Shown here piece after piece: positions 36,255 through 64,000 of a DNA stretch of 64,000 nt. The notes beneath the pieces were generated by a model, which was not told the DNA's origin, did not search any database, and saw only the letters and a program-made list of their open reading frames with translations. The stretch covers positions 12,304,468 through 12,368,467 of the forward strand of contig CAVNZM010000004.1 in NCBI GenBank assembly GCA_963693365.1, written 5' to 3'. The position numbers and the translations under genes were made by a program. The DNA comes from Amoebidium appalachense (taxonomy: Eukaryota > Protista > Ichthyosporea). Within the stretch, counting starts at the first letter, position 1, and each line of letters opens with the position of its first letter.

Positions 36255-37087
36255 AGGGGGGGATGTCAAGTTGCATTGAACACTGTTAGGACACAGGTGC
36301 CCTTGAGTAGGGATGTGTTTACAACCTGGGCAGGCAGCAGACTGGGCCATTGTGCTAATCACTAAGTGCCAGCTTTCTTGGCTGTGTATCCATACATATG
36401 AGTGCATGAGTGTATGCGGGTGTGTGTGCCCATGCAGTGTCTTTGCCACTAACCGAGGGAGGGGGGGGGGGGGGGGGGGGGTGGAGAGAGAGACCGGGGA
36501 AGGGGGGAGGGGGTGGGTGTGTGTGTGTGTGTGTGTAGGGGGGGGGGGGGGGGTTTGAATACGTCATAAAGTACGAAGTACACAAGAACAACAGATAACA
36601 CGATGCAAAGTGCAAGCCATACATAAAGAGTATGCATAATAAGCAGAGCCCATCCTCAGGGGGGGCCCACGTCATCCACAGTGCCCGAGTTTCGACCCAT
36701 TCACCTCGTTAACAAAACCCAACTCAGATACTGCTTCACTTGAACACGGGTGGGCCGCCCGTCTTGATTAACGACGAGCAGGGTTACTTATGCAGGCAAG
36801 GGCAGTGGGAAGGGCCGGGGGTTAAAGTTGCAGCGGTAAGCAGAGGCAAGAAAAATATAGGAACCCAGGAGACGGGACTTCTGAAAAGCTCCCCCATCGC
36901 TACCTAAGTCGATACTTCCCTAGCTAACATACCACAAGAGAGGGGGGGAGGGGGGGAGAGGATGGGGGGGCATAACTGTATGTACATAAGCTTTACATAT
37001 GCACATGCCCGTGTGTGCAGTGACTAGTACATAACTAGTCGAGAAAGGGGAGAGGGAAGGAGGGAGGGAGGGGGGAGTGGGGAGAAA

Positions 37088-37129
<42 letters not shown>

Positions 37130-40100
37130 GAGGGGGTGGAACTCTAAAACTCACTCGAAGCAGGCAGCCAGGTCGGTCGTAGGGAACCTGACTGCAAACG
37201 AGCACCCCCCATGGGGCCTTTCCTCAGCCCCCTCCGGCCAATCCGAGGTCCTGGGCACATGGAACACAGCCGTGCCGGACTGCTCACTGTGCAGCCGGGA
37301 AGACATATCCCCATCCATGCTAATGTGCACCTGGTAACCGTTATCCCCGGCGGCAGAGAAAAACCAGATGCCACTCTGTGGGTTACGATATATGCACACT
37401 GACGATGGATCCATTGTGGTCCATGCTGTCTGCCCCTGCTCCTGCAGACGCACAACAGCATCGGTGCAAGAGAGAAAGATTCCCTCGTTCCTCGCGGCGT
37501 CCCTGCCTACTTCTATAGGCCGTTCCTTTTGCAGTGTAGTTCTTTGTTTTTTCTGTGGAGGCTCCTCCGTTGCCGATACTCGGGTCTTATTCCTTTGCTG
37601 GATTTCGCGAGCCTCGGCAAGGAGCTGTGCGGGAAAAGGTGTCTGAAATTAGGGCGCCGCAACAAACCACCCCAGTTTTTTGTTTTAGATACGATTATCG
37701 AAGCAGTGTGCGTTTTGTATCTACACACGCACACAAGCATAGCTAGGGGTGGGCAGTTTTGGGGAGGGGGTGGTGGGGGGAGGAGAGAGAGAGAGGGGGG
37801 GGGGGGGGGGGGGGAGGGGAGGAGGAGAAGGAGGGAGTGAGGGAGGGAGGGAGGGACAATGAGAGAGAGAGGGAGGGACAGAGAGAGAGAGGGAGGGAGG
37901 GAGGGAGGGAGAGAGAGGGAGAGAGAGGGAGAGTGAGGGGAGAAAGCAAGCCAGGGAGAGGGAGGGAGGGAGAGAGGAAAAGTATCTACTACCGTTGGAC
38001 ATACAGGATCTGAAGTCTAGAAACTTCACCAATCAAACCCAAACCAGTCGTCCCCTCGGCAGAAAGTGAAACAGCCACAGAAGAACAACCAAGCTCACAG
38101 CCCATGATGCGGAATATACGGGAACTGTTGCATTACACAGATGCCATTATATCACACTCAGTCACATTAGCCGCATACACACATACCTGCTCGGCGGATA
38201 CAGTTGAGTCTATGGGTGGTAGCTTTTCCCTATGGGCAAGGATCTTAGCCCATGCCATCTCACGCTGCAAATCGTCTGCACCTCCATTCGAATACCCGAC
38301 ATTGGCTGGCATGGCGGGCACCGAGGCTGCTTGTTGCTGGGCGTTTGTACGTGCAGGTGGTCTAACACCTTGTGATTCTGGCGGCTGGGTGGGTTTTGAC
38401 TGCTGTGTCGTTGTGGGTGCAGGCGGTCTATTTGTGGTTGTTGCTGGGTGCTTGGATGGGGTGGATGCCTGTGGCCTGGGTGCAGGTGGCCGTCCTGTAT
38501 TTGTCTGAGTGGGCCTGGTTGGTGCACCACCCCTTCCAGGCGGGTCAAACGGCAAACGAATAACTCCCTTACCAGCCAGGGGCTGAGTATTTGGTGCCGA
38601 TCCACCCGGGGTGGAAGCACCGGTCGAGGGTTTGGGGGTCACTGGTCGTGCCTGCACCGTGGCTGGTGCTGAAGGTTTCTGGGTGGGTTGTTGGGCGTTG
38701 GGTGTGGGTTTGCCCGCAGCATCCACACTATTTGGGTGAACATCTTTGGGGGCAGCGGGTTTTGTGCCTGCTCCCTGTGTTGGGGCTGATGGGGTGGACT
38801 GTGGTGTGCTGGCTGTTGCTGCCGACGCCCCCTTAGTGCCCTGTAAATGGTTTGTGTCAGCAAACTTTGCGCAGTGGAAAAGCTGGCGGTATCGAAGATG
38901 ATGTGTTCCCCCTGGCACCGAGGGGTCACCTCCTGCCCCCCCCGCCCCAACATAAAAAGTAAAAAGGAAATGAAAATTCAGCAATCATTCAACCATCCAC
39001 GAATCATTCTAATAGAGCCCATATAGACCAACGCAGAATGCCAACCTGCAGACACATGCACATATAAGGTATAATGTCCACTGATAACTTCACTCCTTAC
39101 TCCTTCCGACCTCTACCACAGCTGCTTCAGCTCCGTTGTTTTTCCTCCCTCCCTCAGCTCCCTCCTCTCACTCCTCACTTCCCCATCTCCCTCTACATCA
39201 CACTGCTGTCACTTGGATTCTCTCAACAACAGATGTGACGGAAGGAAATCTCCGGCACACTCCCAAACCGACGACTAATGCTACAAATCACCCCACCATG
39301 TACATGCCTTGATGGTTTCGAGCAGTGTGCAAATCTCATACCTTTTCCCCTCCCCCCCCCCCCCCTCCCCCTTCTTCACCTCCTTCCCCCCACCCTTCCC
39401 CTTCTCCCCCCCCCCCCCCCTTCCTCTCCAACCCCCCCCTCCCCGGGGAACGGTTTCTGTGAGAGACTCAGACCCGTGCTGCCCCAGCCTCCTCCCCCCC
39501 CCCCCCCCCCCCCCCCCCGCCCCCCGCCCCCCCCCCCTCCCCCTCTCCCCCACCCCCACCACCACACCACCAACCAACAACAACAAAAAAGAACAAAAAA
39601 ACCTGTCCCTTGTAGAGATGCCCTTGGAAAAGCAACGAGCAAACAAAAAACATGCTTCTTCTGCACACCCTTCTGGATTGCTCACCCACTGCTGTCGTGT
39701 GCAACCCTTTCCGCTCAACCCTCCCGCTATTCCCACTCTCAGCACACACACCTCCCCTTTTCACCCCTCCAAGCTAGTCCCGTCCACCACATACCCCCAC
39801 CAATGCCCACACTCTCACCTTTGCTGGTGCTGGTGCAGGCTCCTTGGTTGCCAGGGACACGGTATCCTCGGTGGCTTTTCCCTGCTCGGTTTTCTGACCA
39901 GCAGGTGGGGGCTTAGCAGGACCTTTGGCCGGGGGTGCAGGTTTGGTGCTTGCAGGAGTAGCAGGTTTGCCTGGTGATTTGGTGCTTGACTGAACAGGCA
40001 GCGTTGTTAGCTTTCCTGTTGTACCGTTGCGGATGATGGTGCCCGGTGCACGCTTCTGGGCACTTGCGACAGCTGGACTGGTCCACACTTTGTTGGGGTG

Positions 40101-41167
40101 TTTTGTCTTCGGTTTGACCGGTGACCTAGCCCGTGCTGGTACGTAACCACGCGGCTTGCTTGGCATACCCACGTTGAGATAGGGGTTCGCCTGGGCCGGG
40201 TTAGAAAGCAAAGGGTGCCGATGACGTGGTTCAGGAGCATAGTGACCCGGAAAAATTTCCGCCATGATGAGGTGAAGCTTGTGGGGGAAGGCCATGTTCT
40301 GAATGGTAGTCCGTGCCGATGCGGTGCTGGACGAACTGTGGTTGGTAATGCTCCGTATTGTAGGGGTGGGGACCTTGGTTATTGCTCTGCATGTAAGTGT
40401 TGGGATTGGCCTGATGGTATGCTTGGTGGGCATTCGTTTCTGGCGGACCCCAGTTCATTTGTTGTTCGTGGTGAGGTATTTGAGGACCCGTGTCTGCAGA
40501 GGACAAGGGTTGCACACGATATCAGAAGGCAGTGTAGATAGAGCAGGGAACATCGCGGATGGATGGCGACACAAAGCAGACAAAAACGAAAACATTTGGT
40601 GCCGAATACGATAACAGACACTTTCAACGAACTCACTACAACCTTGTATATGCGGTTTTGGGCACCATCATATCTATATCTTTATTCACTGTGAAAAGGT
40701 AACGTGAGTCTGTGCCTCCCTTTGTCCACTCTAATCATGTGCTTTTGCTTGCCCTGAAACACCAACGCCCCAGAACCACACCCTCCTTGTTAGTGCGAGC
40801 ACTACTCGTGTAAAAAGGTGAAAACAAGCTGTTCCATTACAAACACTGCTCGTGTACTCTCCTCCATCCCCCTACCCACCCCACCCCCTTCCCTTCTCTC
40901 TCGCCTCTTCTCTCTCTCTTCCCCCCCCCGCCCCCCACCCCCCCCCCCGGCACAAGCACACACACACACACACACACGTGCACACACACCCACCCCTAAC
41001 CCCACCCCACCCCAACTCTTCGTCGCCCAGAGCAGCTACTCTGACATGTGGGGCATACCATATGACTGGTGGCCGTTGTGCTGCCATTGCTCATGCTGAG
41101 GGGCTGGCTGCTGGCCCCACTGCGGTTGGGGTTCGCCCCAATGGTTACTTTGCCATGGCCCGTCCAT
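31998..41167 (-). CDS. Uncharacterised multi-exon protein: Q/H/P-rich disordered N-terminus, possible PH-like (RanBD/EVH1-like) domain, helical C-terminal part
   Basis: Candidate GT-AG exons: 41167-41059 (MDGPWQSNHWGEPQ...), ~40492-39819 (contains a frame discrepancy near 40253), 38840-38187, ~37642-37155, ~34847-34735, ~33705-33304, ~32872-32836 and ~32043-31998 (EPTRVSNKRSHDGSP*). Most junctions are phase-compatible. The 3' end is tentative. Confidence 0.55.
35057..35445 (-). mobile_element. Poly(C)-associated dispersed repeat family, long copy A (may extend to ~35679)
   Basis: Aligns by eye over ~380 bp with 36554-36936 and appears identical over ~180 bp to the reverse complement of 51463-51645. 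Abuts a G-run at 35040-35056. Confidence 0.85.
35700..35935 (-). mobile_element. Divergent subfamily of the poly(C)-associated repeat
   Basis: Between G-runs. Shares the GAAAC and YTGAnGATGGGCTC core with copy A but has a different stem sequence. Its 3' portion matches 11320-11460. Confidence 0.75.
36554..36936 (-). mobile_element. Poly(C)-associated dispersed repeat family, long copy B
   Basis: Near-identical to 35057-35445 with scattered substitutions. Same terminus against a G-run, and G-rich sequence on the other side. Confidence 0.85.
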
Positions 41168-41743
41168 GTCTGCTGTGCGTGCGTGGCCCACCCGGGTCCC
41201 GGTGGCACTCTTCGATTATGCACACTGGAAAAAAGCTACACTATACACAGCTACATATACGTGTACAAGTAGCCCGTCCACTCAATGCTAACAAGCTACT
41301 TCGGTACTTCACGCTTCGGACAAAGAACAGTGAATGGCGGTGTATGCTGGTGTATGCAGTGAGTCTGTGCAGTGGTGCATGTCGTGGTTCTCGAGGAAGT
41401 TTTCAGAGGGCCGTGTGCATGTGCGGCTAGCGCTACGTAGGGGCTCCCTATCCGTAATGAAGGGCTGGACAAAGGCGTGGTCCTCGAGACAAAGGGCTAC
41501 ACGTAGCTATTTGTAGCGTGACGAGCGTGGCTCACAAAAAAAATCGCCCAGCTCCACGCAGAGTCCGGCGCGTCAACTGAGTGGTGCCAGTCTGCCAGTA
41601 AATCTTAGAGATCTTCGAAGTTTGCGATGTATTACTGTAAAAGTCAGCCCTGGAAACGGCCCAGGCTTACAAGCAGCAAGCACATCGGGGACAAGCAAAG
41701 TGGCAAAACACATAGCTTTCACGCCGACTCATGAATAGGAAGA

Positions 41744-42274
41744 ATGAGTTTTCTTGTAGAAAGCACCTGTTCTGAGAACATTGAGGAGGTGTACAGCAAA
41801 GTATGTGACCGCTATCCAGGTTGGCCTTTTCGGCTTGCTTCAGGGGGTCTTCCGGATGTCAAGGGGCCCGGCACTTCTGACGTCGATATTTCTTTATTGA
41901 CAGAAGAGTTTGCATCGCTCGAGAACGTTTTTGTGGGCTCAACGGTAAAACGAGACGCAAAGAAAAGTCGCATAGTCTACTGCTTGCCAGGATTCTCAAG
42001 AGAAGTAAACATTTATGCAACCTCAGACCCGGTGCTTGCAGAGCGTGCAGTAATACATCGACAGAACGAGCTCAAGCTAAGCAAGTTCCAGTTGCTAACA
42101 GCAATGGCGATAGCATACAAGACAGAGGGGTTGGGCACAGAGGCTGCCTGGGCAAAGGCCCTTGGGCTGACCGGGGACCCGTACGAGAACTTGCTGCGGT
42201 CAGACTTGGAGGAAATGGCACGGGGGGCAGAAGGGAAGATACTGGCGTACATAAATGCACTTCCCAAACCATAA
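41744..42274 (+). CDS. Intronless 176-aa DUF4269-like protein, Pol-beta-type nucleotidyltransferase fold
   Basis: Clean ATG-TAA ORF. It has ASGGLP...SDVDI (G[S/G]..DxD NTase signature), a strand with a candidate third acidic residue (REVNIY) and a C-terminal KTEGLGTEAAWAKALGLTGDPYENLL. That tail resembles the K-G-KTEPAFA-LLGL-GDPY-ALL tail I recall for bacterial DUF4269 proteins. Confidence 0.7.
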   Translation: MSFLVESTCSENIEEVYSKVCDRYPGWPFRLASGGLPDVKGPGTSDVDISLLTEEFASLENVFVGSTVKRDAKKSRIVYCLPGFSREVNIYATSDPVLAERAVIHRQNELKLSKFQLLTAMAIAYKTEGLGTEAAWAKALGLTGDPYENLLRSDLEEMARGAEGKILAYINALPKP

Positions 42275-44115
42275 CAATACCAGTTCTTGTGAGGTTTTTA
42301 GTTGCTATGCACGAGGTGAACTACCTGCCGAACTGTAACTCGTAAAAAAAACACACACACACATATATAGTAGGCGCTTGGCGTTGCCAGGTACTTATTG
42401 TTCTGCCTTTTTTCATATATCAACTATTTTGTGTCAAGATGGGACGTAGAACCCGTTGGTTTTACCCTAACAAGTACAAGCACTTGGAATAGGAGCTGTT
42501 TCGATATACAAGGTAGATCTGCTAACCTCCATAGGTTTGTCAAGGCCAGACGTCGACGTTTTGTGTTTACCGGTATTAAAAACAAGAGGGCCATTGAGCA
42601 CCTTGTACGGTATAAAAGTCGTTTCAAGGAACACATAAGACAGGAGCCCTTGCAATTGCGGGCGTGCGTGCTGGCAGTGTGTGGCAGTGCCTTCCAACTA
42701 TCAAGCACCTAACAACGTGAAGCACGTATACACACCACAAAAGCCTGCAGGTATATTGCTTTGCCAAAAAATATACGCCCAAAACCTGCCCCTGTCCTAG
42801 CATCCCTTACTGTGTAGGGCCCTGACAAGCTCATGTTCTCGCGATCGGGCCTTCCCCGTTAGCAAACCTCAGCAAGGACAGACAGACAGAGCACGTTATG
42901 TAGCACCCCTTAGCACAGACAGACAGCACGCACGCAGCCGCGAGTCTACAGTTCCGTGTAGTTCTTCTGGCTTAGACTCTTGTTGACGCCAAATCTTGCG
43001 GCTGTGAATTGGTTGCTTATCACGTACTTCAACTTATACATTTCTGGTCAACTTCCTTTCATATGCGTTATATGATCAGCATGCTTCAAATTTCTTCACT
43101 CAAAGCCAAACTAATTATATTGAGCGCTATAGTATTTAAATCCTTTTATGTGAGTTTTATGGATTAGTGCAGAGGTTTGCACATTTCCAGGTACTTAGAG
43201 ATGAAGGGTATCATAGTGACAACTACGGCATAATGCTTTTAGGTAGATCTTCACGGATTGGCTGTATATTTAATACATTTATGATTCCAGGGCTGGAGCT
43301 GTGGTTCTCCGAAGTTCAGCCTACGCAAGTGCAGCGTCAAAAAGGTACCCGTAGTGACTGCGTTTTTCTTTTTAAGAGGTGGCAGAGTCCGTCGGTAGGC
43401 CTAGGCCCAATGAGGGTTTGTTTTGCTGAGGTTAATGGAAGTAGCAATATATTGGTGATAGTAAACCTACAGGTAGCGCTTTTGTGACACGGTATGCTGG
43501 TACAGATTTCCAGTTTTTGCTATCGAAAGTCCACACACGTAGGGTTCACTTGCAGGGTGGGGTGCCAGACACCTTGCCAAAGTGGGTAGTCCGGGGTTAG
43601 CCGTCGTACACAGTGTACATGCGCTAGCTCGCATTTTATAGAACCTGCGGAAAAAGGTGTATCAGTTGCAAGAGACTCCCTCTTATCTGTTACACAGGTG
43701 TGAAGGGCGCTTTTCCTTAGTGTTGAGAACTTTCCTGTGGATGGGGTTTCGCCAACCAGAGGAGCTACGACACAGGGACCCAGGGTGGTAGAGAGAAAAG
43801 CAGCATGAATAAGCAGAATCCACGTTCGATCTTACGGTTCCCAGCATAGCCTGGCACCCTCGCCACGCTGTGTGACGGTGAGTGTCCTGGCTCACAAAGC
43901 ACACGTGGTGTCCCTTTGAGCGAATTTTTGTGATTGACTCCTTCTGAATCACTGTTTTAACGGGGAACGAAGCGACGGTCAAGCTAGTATGCAGAACAAA
44001 GAATAAACAACATTATGTTTATCTAGGTTCTTTTTCTGCGTCGCAGTGCGCTAAGCATTCCGGAGTCAAACGATTTGACAAGGGTGGGGTTTTGTGCAGG
44101 TTTAGAGCCGCAATC

Positions 44116-61616
<17,501 letters not shown>

Positions 61617-62771
61617 CGCAGAAACACACAACAAAAGGGTCGACATGTATGCGAAAGATTGAAGAGATCCCTCTCACTTATGCACACAACACACTTAAAG
61701 CGTACACACGGACACATCACCGGCATATTGACACATGTCGATTTCAGCAATGGTATAGCCCGTACAACGTCGCAACACACCTGGAGCTGTTGTGGGTTTT
61801 CATCCAGCAAGCTGGAGTTTTCATTATTTTACCCTTTCACATACCCCTCTTTGTTTTTGTTTGCCACATATACTGTTTTTGTTTAATTATAGTGCATGCT
61901 ACCAACAGTTTCTGTATGTCAGTCTGGTGCTTTTTAAACCCCTTAAAAAAAGGAAAGTTCTCGAATGTGTAGTAGCATAGCTGTACGTGCCTTTCGTATT
62001 TGTGGTATATTTTAGTTCCCCCGAGGGATGATGCCTATTGGTCGACTTGAGCGGACATATAGTTCCTCACAACCTGCAAGCACACAAAATAAACCTTCAC
62101 ATTCTACAAGCACACACACCTAGCAAGCTCTAACCCTAATTTCTACACCTTCGTTTTCGTGGTATCGATTTTCACCCCAACCCATTTTCTCCCTTGGTTA
62201 CAATTCCACATCTGCTCGGCTTCCCGTTACACAGCACCCTATTATGTGAAGCACTGGCCTTCTTTGTGTATATATTTTTCTATTTCCTGCCCTGTATTGG
62301 CAGGGCATCCTAAAACCCGTCTTGCCGAATTATGCTGAAAATATCCAATATTTTGTTTTGTGGCCTATTGGTGGCTGGTGTAAGGTTGGATTTTTAAATG
62401 TGGCATTTAGTTTTGGACATCCGGTTCTTGCACATGTGGCCTGAACCGGTCCGGTATGATCGTTGATCCGGTGGATACGACTGTTTGATATGCTGGCGGG
62501 CCATGCTATCCAGTCGCCAGGGAAAATAAAGTTGGTATTTTATGCCCGTGCTCTAGCGGGTTCTCGCACGGCAGAAACCCAGATAGAAGTTTTACGGTTT
62601 GTAATTAAAGGCTTTATGCCCCATACACACGACAAGTTTTGGGTTTGTAGTGCACCTTTAACACTCTCACGCATGCATGCTAATAATTATAAAAATGCGG
62701 GTACTGCTAGCAATAGGGGGGCATGCCTCACGGTGGTGCACCGTGGCCGTGGGCCAAAAGATGGTGCGGAA

Positions 62772-62802
<31 letters not shown>

Positions 62803-62964
62803 TGTGTTTGTGTGTATGTGCACCGTGTGCATGCCCACATGACTATAACCCCCCCCCCCCCCCCCCCCCCCCTCCGCGGGGAGGGATCAGTGCGGAATCT
62901 GGTGCATTCAACATGTGTGTGTGCAGGTCACTCCGCACAGGCATAAGCAGCCCAGCCCCCCCCC

Positions 62965-62995
<31 letters not shown>

Positions 62996-64000
62996 ACAGA
63001 CACACCGTGACAAACACCACCACCACCACCACCACCACCACCGGTCGTGGTGTGGGTACCGGTAAATTCAGAGGGCTCAGGCCCATGCACCTACACGGTG
63101 TACCCGTCGCATGTGGTTTGTACCGTACATGCTGCAGTTGGGAATCCCGGTCAGCCGCTGGTGATAACGTTAACAGTGCCAACATGTCTGTCCGGACCTG
63201 GCAAGTATCTCGTAAACCCTTTGGGCGGAACCCACCCTAGAATTCGAGTCTGTACCCATGGCCACACTCGGCTCGGTGGCATAGCAGCGTTGGATTTATT
63301 GGGATATCGATATCTAAATACATAGCGTCTGCTAGTAAGTTGAACTGAAGACACCATTCTATATATGATGGGCTCCTGATCACATGTTAACATACATGTT
63401 ACCACGTGGAGCATAAAGTGAGGCAATCAGGTCGGCCTGTTCGAATTTCAGGCTTGCACCATCCAAGAAGCACAAAAACCTAGTTTTTTCTCAACAATCA
63501 AATATTCAAGTCGCATAGTTCCGTCTTGTTTCAATACACAGCACTTCTGTTCACACAACCGACTCCACAAAAGTAGAGAATCTAGCTCTTAGTGACTTTA
63601 CAAAAAGGCGCTGGTTACCGGCGCAACAGGTACCAACCGCCATATCTTGATTAAACATTCCGGGACAGATTGTCCTTAGCAACAAGAGATATGAACACGA
63701 AAAACGAGAGAATCTGATATCGATGGAACATCATGACTCATGAAATGCACATCGTATCTAATAACCATCAACCAATTCAAAATACCTTTTTGCAATAGTG
63801 AAGTGCCAAGTTCAAAAACATGTCTTGCCACGCCAAAGTGCATCTGTCACAAGCAAGGGTATAGTGACATAATACCCGGCGACAGAGCATACATCAAACT
63901 GAAACAACCATACCCTTATGGATATGTATGTAACATTATCAAGCACATTATGCAATCAAATGCCGATTATTCAGGAGGCAGCAGTGGCATTAACCTCGCG

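Noticed and set aside
37990-38125. Possible extra exon (RIFRIMGCELG...) in the unknown gene
   Set aside because: Its phase is incompatible with the upstream donor, and exon 38840-38187 joins ~37642 in phase without it.
62000-64000. Possible gene end or DNA-transposon remnant at the right edge
   Set aside because: No recognisable protein motif, consistent exon chain or terminal inverted repeat could be established.

Overview
Eukaryotic genomic DNA, probably from a unicellular opisthokont-like protist (inferred, not established). Genes are intron-rich with canonical GT-AG splicing, and introns are inflated by poly(G)/poly(C) runs and (CA)n/(GCAC)n microsatellites, so most ORFs in the supplied track are repeat artefacts. 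Spliced genes reconstructed by hand: a nardilysin-like M16A peptidase (minus, runs off the left edge), SAR1 (minus), a Rho-family GTPase (minus), an unknown low-complexity protein with a possible PH/RanBD-like domain (minus) and a WNK kinase with long poly-Q tracts (plus). There is also an intronless DUF4269-like nucleotidyltransferase ORF, a 5'-truncated LINE and a frameshifted Penelope-like retroelement. The most interesting signal is a dispersed repeat family with at least 10 copies or fragments, two of them apparently identical, almost always embedded in poly(C)/(G) runs. It carries a covarying RNA stem plus the hammerhead-ribozyme core strands (GUH, GAAAC, CUGAnGA) in an order matching none of the three standard hammerhead topologies. 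All alignments were made by eye; no database searches were run.
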